Assembly: GCA_009773755.1 (NCBI GenBank)
Contig: WSZJ01000007.1
Coordinates: 3,493-67,492 of the forward strand
DNA length: 64,000 bases
Reading direction: 5' to 3'
Source: Planctomycetota bacterium
Lineage (GTDB): Bacteria; Planctomycetota; MHYJ01; WSZJ01
Made by a program: the position numbers and the translations under genes. This document shows positions 16,806 through 25,027 of the stretch, one piece after another (position 1 is the stretch's first letter; every line of letters begins with the position of its first letter). Under the pieces are notes generated by a model. The model was given only the letters and a program-made list of their open reading frames with translations, did not search any database and was not told the DNA's origin.

Positions 16806-16865
16806 GAGCCCTTCGGCTCGCTTCGCTCGCTCAGCGTGGACGAGCGGAGCGAGTCGAAGGGCTGC
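16806..16865. repeat. REP-like element, complete palindromic copy
   Basis: gcccttcggctcgcttcgctcg (16808-16829) pairs with cgagcggagcgagtcgaagggc (16841-16862). The only two mismatches are G:T, which would be wobble pairs in RNA. Confidence 0.8.
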
Positions 16866-16941
16866 AAGAATCGGCGGGACGGCTGAGATGATTATACCCC
16901 TTGTCGAGGCGCGGAATGGAATCCGCGCGCCGGAAGCGGAT

Positions 16942-18036
16942 CTACCGCTTCGACTTCTTCTTTTTCTTCGCGCCTCCCCCGGGGCGGGCGCGCACTGCGA
17001 CTCGCTTCGCTCGCTCAGGTCTCACCCGCGGTCGATCGGGTTTGGGGTCGGGCCTCCTGGCGGCGGGCTGGGGTGCGGGATTCGGGGCAGGCTTCGCGAC
17101 CGGCGTTGCGACAGGCTTCACAAAGGGCTTCGCCAGGGGCCGGCCGGGCCCGGCGAACGCGGGCCTGGCGCCCGGGTGCGAAAACTTCCCGGAGTGCAAC
17201 CCGCTGGGCCCCTTCCCGGGGGGCGGCTGCGGATTCGCCGCAATCTTCGCGGCCGCTTCATCCGCCTTCAGCGCGGCGGCCAGGGCGGCCGCCTTCACCT
17301 TTTCATCGACGGGCGGGGCGAGCTTCGCCGCTTCCGCCGCTGCCTTGCGAGCCTTGCCTTCGGGACACTGGCTGAAGAGCGGGCAGCGGGGGCAGTGCGG
17401 TTCTTTCTCGGTGCAGGTTTCGGTCGCGAAGGCATCGAGGATGCGGTAGGCATCGGCGCACTCGCGTGAGGTGAGGCCTTCGCTGATGGTTTTTTCGAAC
17501 TTGGGGAATTCGTGTTTGGCAGCGACGAAACCGAGGCGATGGAGCAAGCGGCCGACGGAATCGTCGATGGGGATGCGACCGTAGCCGAATGCGCTGAAGA
17601 GGTAATCTGCGACGACGTAGCCTGGGAGGCCGAGTTTGCGGGCCATGTAGACACGGGTTTCTTCGGCGTCGTCGCGGGTGAGGTCTTCGAGTTTGAACTT
17701 ATGGACGTCGGAGAAAGTGCGGCCGAGGGCGCGGATGATCTGCTCGGCTTTCTGAAGCGGATTCAGGATGTTGTGTGCGCGGAGGACTTCGCCGATTTCG
17801 AGGACGGAGGAGACGCGGACTTCGTTCCATCCTGCGAACTGGGAGCGGAGGTCGCGGATGGAGCCTGCAGCGCGGCGTTCGGGGTTGCGCTGGGCGAGAA
17901 TGACGTAGATGAGATGTTCGATCGAAGACTTGCCGTGCTTGACCGGGTTGGGCTTATGGCGGCGGACGAGCTGTTTGAGGAGGTTACGGGTGGCCTTTCG
18001 GGCCGAAGCCGCGTCCCTTGCGACTTTCGTTGCCAT
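16942..18036 (-). CDS. endonuclease III-like HhH-GPD/[4Fe-4S] glycosylase with long Pro/Ala/Lys-rich basic C-terminal tail
   Basis: HhH-like LGLPGYVVADYLFSAFGYGRIPIDDSVGRLLHRLGF. Exact C-x6-C-x2-C-x5-C cluster loop (CTEKEPHCPRCPLFSQC). This is followed by ~140 aa of low complexity ending GGGAKKKKKSKR. A REP-like copy is embedded in the tail coding region (16997-17020). Confidence 0.7.
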   Translation of the reverse strand: MATKVARDAASARKATRNLLKQLVRRHKPNPVKHGKSSIEHLIYVILAQRNPERRAAGSIRDLRSQFAGWNEVRVSSVLEIGEVLRAHNILNPLQKAEQIIRALGRTFSDVHKFKLEDLTRDDAEETRVYMARKLGLPGYVVADYLFSAFGYGRIPIDDSVGRLLHRLGFVAAKHEFPKFEKTISEGLTSRECADAYRILDAFATETCTEKEPHCPRCPLFSQCPEGKARKAAAEAAKLAPPVDEKVKAAALAAALKADEAAAKIAANPQPPPGKGPSGLHSGKFSHPGARPAFAGPGRPLAKPFVKPVATPVAKPAPNPAPQPAARRPDPKPDRPRVRPERAKRVAVRARPGGGAKKKKKSKR

Positions 18037-18090
18037 AAACCTTTACAAACTCCCGAGTTAGAGCGTTTTGAGAAGCGCAATTATACGCTA

Positions 18091-19362
18091 TCAAAATCGT
18101 ATGTCAAGGAATATGGGAGTGGGGAGAACCCGTTGAAAAGCGTTGATAACCCTTTGAATTCCACGAGTTACGACGACCGGCGCCACGGAGTCCAGAACTT
18201 CGGATGCGCCCTCCTGGAAGTCCTTTCCCGCAAGCGTGACCATGTTCCGGGAAACGACGTTCCACGCAAGGCCTGCCGAAAGCAGCGATGCAACCAGAGA
18301 CGATCCTCCGTAACTCAAGAATGGCAAAGTAATTCCGGTGATCGGCGCCAGCCCGATCGTCATCCCGACGTTGACGAATATCTGCGTCCCAAATCCCGCC
18401 GACAAGCCCGTCAGCACCAATCGACTGAACGGCTCTCGCGCTCGATACGCTCCGTGCACCATCGCCATCAACAAGATCAGGTAGAGCAGGAGCACCGCCG
18501 ACGCTCCCAGGAATCCCCATTCTTCCCCGATCACCGAGAAAATGAAGTCGTTGTGCTTTTCCGGCACAAACGACTCCGATCCCTCCTGGTCCGACTCCGC
18601 AAACCCCTTCCCCATCCACCGCCCAGACCCGATCGCCCGCTGTGATTGCAACAGCTGAAATCCGGCATCCTGGCTCATCGCCTGCGGATTCAGGAACGCT
18701 TCGAAGCGCTTCTTCTGGTACTCCTTGAACCCGAACTTGTACGCGACCGGCGTCCCGATCAGCACCGCAATGACTCCGAACGCCATGTACCGCTTCCCGC
18801 ACCCCGCGACCCACATCATCGCGACGAACATCGCGGGAAAAATCAGGGCCGTGCCCAGGTCGGGCTGCATCAGGATAATTCCGAATGGAACGAGCGCGAG
18901 GAGCGCGGGCACCACGAGCCGGGCCATCCGGTCGGGCGTTTTTCGCCACATCAGGTACCTCGCGAGCGTCAGCACGAAGAACAGCTTCATGAACTCGCTC
19001 GGCTGAATCGACACCGGGCCGAGCACGAGCCACGACTTCGCGCCATTGCGGGCGCGGGCGATGACGAAGAGGACCGCGAGCACGCCGAGGCACGACCCGT
19101 ACAGCGAGTAGCCGACGGACCGGATCCGATTCGGCCGGACGCGCGACACGACGAACGCCAGCACCGCGCCGACAAGCGCAGCAACGCACTGCTTCCCGAA
19201 GTACGACTTCAGCGCAACCCTCGCGGTCGCGTGAAAGCCGCCTTCGATCGGCAGAACGAGCGGCGCGGCTTCGTAGATGGACGCGAGTCCGACCGCGATG
19301 AGCAGCAACACCGGAAGTACGATCGGGATGGCAGGCGAGAAGAGCCGGCCGGGGAGCATCAT
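18091..19362 (-). CDS. rodA: SEDS-family peptidoglycan polymerase RodA
   Basis: 423-aa multi-TM FtsW/RodA/SpoVE family protein (PSEFMK, TDFIFSVIGEEWG, LPFLSYGGSS). It lies directly downstream of mrdA with an ATGA overlap. Confidence 0.85.
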   Translation of the reverse strand: MMLPGRLFSPAIPIVLPVLLLIAVGLASIYEAAPLVLPIEGGFHATARVALKSYFGKQCVAALVGAVLAFVVSRVRPNRIRSVGYSLYGSCLGVLAVLFVIARARNGAKSWLVLGPVSIQPSEFMKLFFVLTLARYLMWRKTPDRMARLVVPALLALVPFGIILMQPDLGTALIFPAMFVAMMWVAGCGKRYMAFGVIAVLIGTPVAYKFGFKEYQKKRFEAFLNPQAMSQDAGFQLLQSQRAIGSGRWMGKGFAESDQEGSESFVPEKHNDFIFSVIGEEWGFLGASAVLLLYLILLMAMVHGAYRAREPFSRLVLTGLSAGFGTQIFVNVGMTIGLAPITGITLPFLSYGGSSLVASLLSAGLAWNVVSRNMVTLAGKDFQEGASEVLDSVAPVVVTRGIQRVINAFQRVLPTPIFLDIRF

Positions 19363-21716
19363 CGCGGAGGCTCCTGGCCGGGCGCGGGGCCGTCAGGTGC
19401 TTCCCCGCCCGGTTCGACTTCGTCCCGGGTTTCGTCGCGCGGCGCGGGGGACGGCGTGTTGTCGTAATTCGACGTCGGACCGGCCGGCTCAAGCACGTCG
19501 CCGGGCAACTCGACGGCCGGCCAGATCGAGTGCAGCAATCGCGCCGCCGTCTTCGCAGGGAGGCCGCTTCCGGCGCCGCCTTCCTCGATCATGACGCAGA
19601 ACGCGTATTTCGGATTATCGAAGGGAGCGTATCCGGCGAACCATCCGTGGTTTTCGCGGCCGCCCTCGGACACGCGGCGGGAGCTGGACTGGGCGGTCGA
19701 GGTCTTTCCCGCGGCCTTGAACAGAAGGAGGCCGCTCGAACGGGCGGTGCCGAAGTCCTCCATGGTGACGGCTTCCAGGCCCTTGCGCAGTGCGGCGAGC
19801 GTCTCCGGTTTGAGCTTCAAGTCCTCGAACCGCACTTCCGCGTCGAGCCTCATCCGCGGCAGGGGAAGTTTGCCCGCCGCAAGTCCCGCCATGAGCCTCG
19901 CGGCCTGAAGCGGCGTCACGAGCATTTCGCCCTGGCCGATCGAAACGTTCAGCGTGTCGGCGAATCCCCACCTTCCGCGGCCCGTGGCGCGGCGCCAGGC
20001 GGGAGTGGGAATCTGTCCTGCTGCTTCGCTGGGAAGGTCGATCCCGGATTTCCGCCCGAGCCCGAAACGGTTGGCCATTTCGGCGATGGCGTCGATTCCG
20101 GCGCGATTCCCGGTCTCGAAAAAGAAGCAGTTGCAGGAGCGCGCCATTCCCTGGCGCAAATCGAGATTTCCGTGCGCGCCGCCGTGCGAATTGATCCAGC
20201 AGGCGAACTTGTTCGGCCACCGGACCGGGTCATACCGGCCGCGGCAGATGAACAGATCGGCGGCCGTGACCTTTCCGGACTCCAGCCCGGCCGCGCCCGT
20301 GACCACCTTGAAGATTGACCCGAGCGGATAGCGGCCGGAGATGGCGCGATTGAGAAGCGGCGCCATGGCTGGATCGTAGAGCAGGTCCATCTCCTCTTTG
20401 CCCATCGGGGGAATGAGCCAGTTCGCGTCGTATCCCGGCGCGCTGGCCAGCACCAGCACGTCGCCGGTCGCGACATCCATGACCACGATCGAGCCGCGGA
20501 GGGCGAGCGGAAGCGAGTCGAGAAGCGATTCGGCTTTTCGCTGAAGGGGCATGTCGAGGGTCAGGGTGACGTCTTTCCCCGGCACGGGCGCGACCCTGTC
20601 GACAATCCACTCGCGCTTCGTCAGGAGATTCTTTGCCCGACGCTCGAACCCGCGCTCGCCGCCAAGGACGTCCTCGTACCAGCGCTCGATACCGGTCCTG
20701 CCGACCCAGTCGCCGTAGAATGCCCCGCGGAACTCCAGGCGTTCGTACTCGGCATCGCTGATCTTGCCTGCGAGAGCGCGGTTCACCCGGTGCGGCCATG
20801 TCTGCCGACGCTTCGCCGGATCTTTCTCTTCCGCCTTTTCTTTCCGGAATGCGAGGTTGTCATCGGAGAGAGAAAGCCCGACTTCGACCCGGAACACCCC
20901 CGCCCTCTCGAAATCCTGGTACTCCTCTTCTCCCATCAGCCCAACGGACCCGACGGCCTGACAGGCCGCGCGTCCGGCCGAGTACACCCGCTTTGTCCGG
21001 GCGCGGATCTCGATACCCGGGAAGGAGCTTTCGTCGATCGCGATATCGCTCATCTGGTCGTAGGTCAGCCCCTGCCAGAGGCGGAAGGGTTGACGCCATT
21101 CCTGCTGGAGGATCCAGCGTCGGTCGCGCGCGCTGACCGGAGGCTTCCCGGGCACGTTGCAGCGCGCGTGCGCCGCGCGGTCAACGGCCTTGAGTTCCCG
21201 TACCGCTTTCACGTACATCTGCGCCGGCTCCGGCCGCGGAAGGACGCCGCCCGATCGAAGCATGGCACCGATCGCCTCCGTGTCCGGCACGACCAGCGTC
21301 CCTCCGTCCGCGCCCAGAAGCGTCTTCACCGGGTACGCCCGTTCACGCAGCATTGTGGCGCACTGCCGTTCGTCGAATCCCGCCCCCGCCCCGGCAAGCC
21401 CCAGCGTGTCGCGCATCACCCGCGCCAGCCGCGCGTAGTCCAGCTCCGGATCGCGACCCTTCACCCGCGGCAACTCAAAATCCGCCAGCACCACGTCCAC
21501 GTCGAAACACCTCTCCTCTGATGCCAGCACCTCCCCGCTCCGGGCGAAGATGTTCCCGCGAGGCGTCGGCACCACTTCCACCCACTCCCTCGTCCAGGCG
21601 CCTCGCGACCGGAACTCTTCCGCGTCGACGATCTGCATCCAGAACAGCCGCGCTTCCAGCGCCGCAAACGGCATCAGGAGGAGAACGCTGAACACCACGA
21701 CGCGCAGCTTTGTCAT
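19359..21716 (-). CDS. mrdA: penicillin-binding protein 2 (elongasome transpeptidase)
   Basis: N-terminal TM anchor. Transpeptidase motifs SIFK (SxxK), SCN(SxN) region and KTST/KTG-like AGKTSTAQ. Its position is between mreD and rodA. It has a Pro/Glu-rich C-terminal extension. Confidence 0.82.
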   Translation of the reverse strand: MTKLRVVVFSVLLLMPFAALEARLFWMQIVDAEEFRSRGAWTREWVEVVPTPRGNIFARSGEVLASEERCFDVDVVLADFELPRVKGRDPELDYARLARVMRDTLGLAGAGAGFDERQCATMLRERAYPVKTLLGADGGTLVVPDTEAIGAMLRSGGVLPRPEPAQMYVKAVRELKAVDRAAHARCNVPGKPPVSARDRRWILQQEWRQPFRLWQGLTYDQMSDIAIDESSFPGIEIRARTKRVYSAGRAACQAVGSVGLMGEEEYQDFERAGVFRVEVGLSLSDDNLAFRKEKAEEKDPAKRRQTWPHRVNRALAGKISDAEYERLEFRGAFYGDWVGRTGIERWYEDVLGGERGFERRAKNLLTKREWIVDRVAPVPGKDVTLTLDMPLQRKAESLLDSLPLALRGSIVVMDVATGDVLVLASAPGYDANWLIPPMGKEEMDLLYDPAMAPLLNRAISGRYPLGSIFKVVTGAAGLESGKVTAADLFICRGRYDPVRWPNKFACWINSHGGAHGNLDLRQGMARSCNCFFFETGNRAGIDAIAEMANRFGLGRKSGIDLPSEAAGQIPTPAWRRATGRGRWGFADTLNVSIGQGEMLVTPLQAARLMAGLAAGKLPLPRMRLDAEVRFEDLKLKPETLAALRKGLEAVTMEDFGTARSSGLLLFKAAGKTSTAQSSSRRVSEGGRENHGWFAGYAPFDNPKYAFCVMIEEGGAGSGLPAKTAARLLHSIWPAVELPGDVLEPAGPTSNYDNTPSPAPRDETRDEVEPGGEAPDGPAPGQEPPR

Positions 21717-22216
21717 GCCAGGAGCTCCCGCTCAGGAGCCCAGCCGGCGATGCCGCGGATTTTCGCGAAAGGTCTCGCGGCGAGCGCCCCGAGTCCGGCG
21801 GTGAGAGCCGCGACGGCGAGCGAGTGCCCGATGCCGTTCCAGAACCCGACCCCGTAGCGCGCCGCCAGCACCATCCCGTAGGGCGCGTGCGCTACCAGCG
21901 CAGCGACGAAGCAACCGATCGCCATCCCGAGCGGGCGCGACGGGAAGAGCATGCCCCGCATGGTGTTCGCGACGAGCGCCGCGAGAAGGAACATCAGCGC
22001 GAACGGCCCGGGACCGCTTCCGCCCGTCAGGTCGCGAAGGAGCCCGAGGGACCAGGCGGCGATGCACGAGGTGTTGCGACCGGTGCGAAGTGCGATGGCC
22101 GCGAGGACGACGATGGCGACGTCAGGGACGGCGCGGCCGATGGCGAACAGCGGGGCGAGCGCGATCTGTGCGATCGTCGCGAGCAAGGCCAGGAAGATGA
22201 AGACGATCCAGTTCAC
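21713..22216 (-). CDS. mreD: rod shape-determining protein MreD
   Basis: 167-aa polytopic membrane protein located between mreC and mrdA, with an ATGA overlap with mrdA. Confidence 0.7.
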   Translation of the reverse strand: MNWIVFIFLALLATIAQIALAPLFAIGRAVPDVAIVVLAAIALRTGRNTSCIAAWSLGLLRDLTGGSGPGPFALMFLLAALVANTMRGMLFPSRPLGMAIGCFVAALVAHAPYGMVLAARYGVGFWNGIGHSLAVAALTAGLGALAARPFAKIRGIAGWAPERELLA

Positions 22217-22237
22217 GTCCGTGTCCTTGGCCGCTGG

Positions 22238-23008
22238 TCACTTTCCCAGGAGTACCAGCACATGCCTGAGGGACGAAGGGTCGACGCGGGGACGGACGAC
22301 GATGTCTCCGTAGACGCCGGCGCCGTTGCCGCTCTTCGCGACTTCACCGATGAGCATCCCCGCGGGCCAGCCGCGATCCGGGTCCGCGACGCTGACGATG
22401 ATCCAGCCTTCGCCGACGGGCTCCCGGTCCAGCACGTATTCGAGTCGGCAGGTTCCGTCGCCGCTTCCCGCGAGGATCCCCGTGACTCCGGCGCCCGCGC
22501 CCTTTTTCACGGCCGCGACTTTCATCCGGAAGGCTGGGTCGCCGACCAGGCGGACGCGGGAGGTCGTTTCGCCGGACTCCAGGACGCGACCGACGACGTT
22601 GGGGCCCTCCGTGACGATCATTCCCTGCTTCACGCCGTCCCGCGTCCCCTTGTCGATCATGACGGTGCCGTGCCACGTCGAGGGATCGTCAGAAAGGAGG
22701 ACCGACGCCGGCAGGACGCGCGGAGAATCCCCGATCGAGGCTTCGCGGTACGCGCTCACCTTCCGGAGTTGCGCTTCGAGCTCCCCGGCCTTGCGCTGCT
22801 GCCGCAGCAACTCCGCGAGCAGTTCGCCGTTTTCTGCCCGCAGGCGCTTGTTCTCGTCTCCGCCGCCGCGCCATTCGGCAAGAGGACGGAGGAGCGCGAA
22901 GGGTGCATAGCGGGGCCCGGCGGGGATCCGCGACTGCGCGAGAATGAGCACTCCCGACGCCAGGGCGAGGGCGATCGGCAAGGTCCAGGTCAGTTTCAGT
23001 CGGCGCAT
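22238..23008 (-). CDS. mreC: rod shape-determining protein MreC
   Basis: N-terminal TM, coiled-coil segment (ENKRLRAENGELLAELLRQQRKAGELEAQLRK) and C-terminal beta domains (VVGRVLE..SRVRLV, GMLIGEV). Confidence 0.85.
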   Translation of the reverse strand: MRRLKLTWTLPIALALASGVLILAQSRIPAGPRYAPFALLRPLAEWRGGGDENKRLRAENGELLAELLRQQRKAGELEAQLRKVSAYREASIGDSPRVLPASVLLSDDPSTWHGTVMIDKGTRDGVKQGMIVTEGPNVVGRVLESGETTSRVRLVGDPAFRMKVAAVKKGAGAGVTGILAGSGDGTCRLEYVLDREPVGEGWIIVSVADPDRGWPAGMLIGEVAKSGNGAGVYGDIVVRPRVDPSSLRHVLVLLGK

Positions 23009-23054
23009 CTAATACGGCGCTCCGAGGCCTTCGTCAAGTGTTGTCATTTTTCAT

Positions 23055-23197
23055 GAACGCGCGAAAGAACCTGGACGGAGAACCGGCCGGGACGCTTCGA
23101 CTCGCCGCGCAAGCACGCCTCGTTCGAGCGAGATCCGCGCCGCGCGGCGGGTCGAAATGTCCCGGCCGGTTCGTAGTCCAGGTTCTTTCGTGCGTTT
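23055..23197. repeat. ~140-nt imperfect palindrome between mreB and mreC
   Basis: The outer arms gaacgcgcgaaagaacctggacggagaaccggccggga (23055-23092) and tcccggccggttcgtagtccaggttctttcgtgcgtt (23160-23196) pair. The inner arms ttcgactcgccgcgc and gcgcggcgggtcgaa also pair. The centre resembles the REP-like family. Confidence 0.75.
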
Positions 23198-24254
23198 AGT
23201 CGATATCAGCGGACGATTCGATGCTGTCGCGCAGCCTGTCGAGGTTGTCGAGGATGACGCCCGTGCCGCGGGCAACCGCGGTGAGCGGGTCATCGGCGAT
23301 GACGACGGGAATGTCGATCTCCCTCGTGATCGCGGTCTTGATGCCGCGCAGAAGCGCTCCTCCGCCTGCGAGCGTGATGCCGCTCTCGACGAGGTCCGCG
23401 CTGATTTCCGGCGGGATGAGCTCGAGCGTTTCCTTGATCGCCTTGACGATCCTCATGATCGGGTCGGAGAGCGCCGAGCGGACCTCGGCCGACGACACGA
23501 TGATGCAGCGCGGCATCGCGGTGACGACGTCTCGGCCGCGGACCTCCATCGTCAGTTCTTTCTCGAGCGGAGCCACGGAACCGATCGTGAGCTTGATCTT
23601 CTCGGCCGTGTTTTCGCCGATGTACAGGTTGTAGTTCTCCTTGCAGTGCTTCATGATCGCGTCGTTGAGCTCGTCCCCCGCGACGCGGATCGACTTGCAC
23701 GCGACGACTGCGCCGAGCGAGAGAACGGCGATTTCCGAAGTCCCGCCGCCGATGTCGACGATCATCGAGCCGCGAGGCTCCTGGATCGGCAGGCCGACGC
23801 CGATGCCCGACGCGATCGGTTCGGGGACGAGGAAGACCTGGCGCGCGCCGGCGCGCTCGGCGCTGGCGAGCACCGCGCGCTTTTCAACGCCGGTGATTCC
23901 GCTCGGGTGAGCCACGATGACGCGCGGACGGAACCAGCCCTTGCGCTTGTGGATCTTCTGGATGAAGTACTTGATCATCGCCTCGGTGATGTCGAAGTCC
24001 GCGATGACGCCGTCCTTCATCGGGCGGATCGCCTCGATGTTCCCGGGACATTTCCCGAGCATTTCCTTGGCGGCCGAGCCGACGGCCTGGCCGTTCATGA
24101 GGATCTGGTTCGTGCCCTTCTTCACCGCTACAACGCTGGGCTCGTTGAGGACGATGCCGGCCCCCCGCACGCAGACCAGCGTATTGCAGGTGCCGAGGTC
24201 GATGCCCATATCGGTGCTGAAGACACCGATGACGCGGTCGATCAGACTGATCAT
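23196..24254 (-). CDS. mreB: rod shape-determining actin homolog MreB
   Basis: Start at MISLIDRVIGVFSTDMGIDLGTCNT (ATG is rc of 24252-24254). The MreB/actin ATPase blocks are present throughout (DIGGGTSEIAV, LAGGGALLRG). Confidence 0.95.
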   Translation of the reverse strand: MISLIDRVIGVFSTDMGIDLGTCNTLVCVRGAGIVLNEPSVVAVKKGTNQILMNGQAVGSAAKEMLGKCPGNIEAIRPMKDGVIADFDITEAMIKYFIQKIHKRKGWFRPRVIVAHPSGITGVEKRAVLASAERAGARQVFLVPEPIASGIGVGLPIQEPRGSMIVDIGGGTSEIAVLSLGAVVACKSIRVAGDELNDAIMKHCKENYNLYIGENTAEKIKLTIGSVAPLEKELTMEVRGRDVVTAMPRCIIVSSAEVRSALSDPIMRIVKAIKETLELIPPEISADLVESGITLAGGGALLRGIKTAITREIDIPVVIADDPLTAVARGTGVILDNLDRLRDSIESSADID

Positions 24255-24353
24255 GGCTATCCCCTCTCCGAGATTGCCTTGTGTCCAGCGCTCGCCTTGC
24301 CCGATCAGGATGGTCGAGCAGAAGCGGACGTCCGCCATGCGGCCGTCGCTATT

Positions 24354-24382
24354 TTTATACTTTATAAAGTATATAATGTCAA
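24354..24382 (-). promoter_or_regulatory. sigma70-type promoter upstream of mreB
   Basis: The minus strand reads TTGACA (24382-24377), a 17-nt spacer, then TATAAA (24359-24354), about 95 nt upstream of the mreB ATG. It lies inside a visibly AT-richer region. Confidence 0.55.
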
Positions 24383-24721
24383 ATTAAGGGACGAGTTGAT
24401 TGGTGACACAACTACATACTGCTAAACAAGTTATGACAATCTCTCGAAATTGAGCGGATTTGCAGCCGGATTCGATACGCCCCTGGGTCTGGTTTCGTCG
24501 CATGGAATAGAGACGCGGCCAAGCGGAATTCGTCTGAATAAGTGTCACTTTTGCTGCGTCGAAATACTGCACACTTCCTACAGCGCACTGCAAGTCAATA
24601 CTAATTAACAACTTACAAATTCATTGTCGATTCGCACAATCTGGCATCAGCATTGCAATACACACTTCCGTCGTACTAAACGAGTAACAAGCACTCAAAC
24701 AACGAAGTCAAGGAGATAGCC

Positions 24722-24952
24722 ATGAAACTCTTCATCATCGCCCTCGTGACCCTCGCCGTGCTGTCCAGCCCGGTCCTGACGTTCGCCTGCCCGCCCCCGC
24801 CCGCTCCCGGTTACGACGGTGGCGCTTCCGGCGACGGCCCACTCCCCGGCACGGACGATCATTCGGGCGGGGACGCGGTCGAAGGCGGAAGCGACGCCTC
24901 GGACGGCGCCTCCAGCCAGGACGACGTCACGATGGGAAGCGAGTGCATGTAG
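24722..24952 (+). CDS. small secreted acidic Gly/Asp/Ser-rich protein
   Basis: AAGGAGA RBS 7 nt upstream of the ATG. Signal peptide MKLFIIALVTLAVLSSPVLTFA. Followed by a strong intrinsic terminator. No family recognised. Confidence 0.5.
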   Translation: MKLFIIALVTLAVLSSPVLTFACPPPPAPGYDGGASGDGPLPGTDDHSGGDAVEGGSDASDGASSQDDVTMGSECM

Positions 24953-24978
24953 GCTCGACGACACACCGCGAACGAAAC

Positions 24979-25014
24979 GAACGCCGCCGATCTCTCGGCG
25001 GCGTTCCTTTTTTG
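24979..25014 (+). terminator. Rho-independent terminator (bidirectional position)
   Basis: 12-bp perfect stem gaacgccgccga / tcggcggcgttc with a tctc loop, followed by cttttttg. It lies between convergent genes. Confidence 0.7.
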
Positions 25015-25027
25015 CCTGACCCGCTTC

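Noticed and set aside
16900-16941. Hairpin gcgcgga-atgga-tccgcgc after the nth-like stop as an intrinsic terminator
   Set aside because: The stem is present, but no U-tract follows on the transcribed strand.
24384-24720. tRNA (including tRNA-Sec) or another structured RNA gene in the AT-richer intergenic regions (also 59830-60200)
   Set aside because: Reading both strands, I found no acceptor-stem pairing combined with a GTTCRANYC-type T-loop. Without a covariance-model scan I cannot call any RNA gene.
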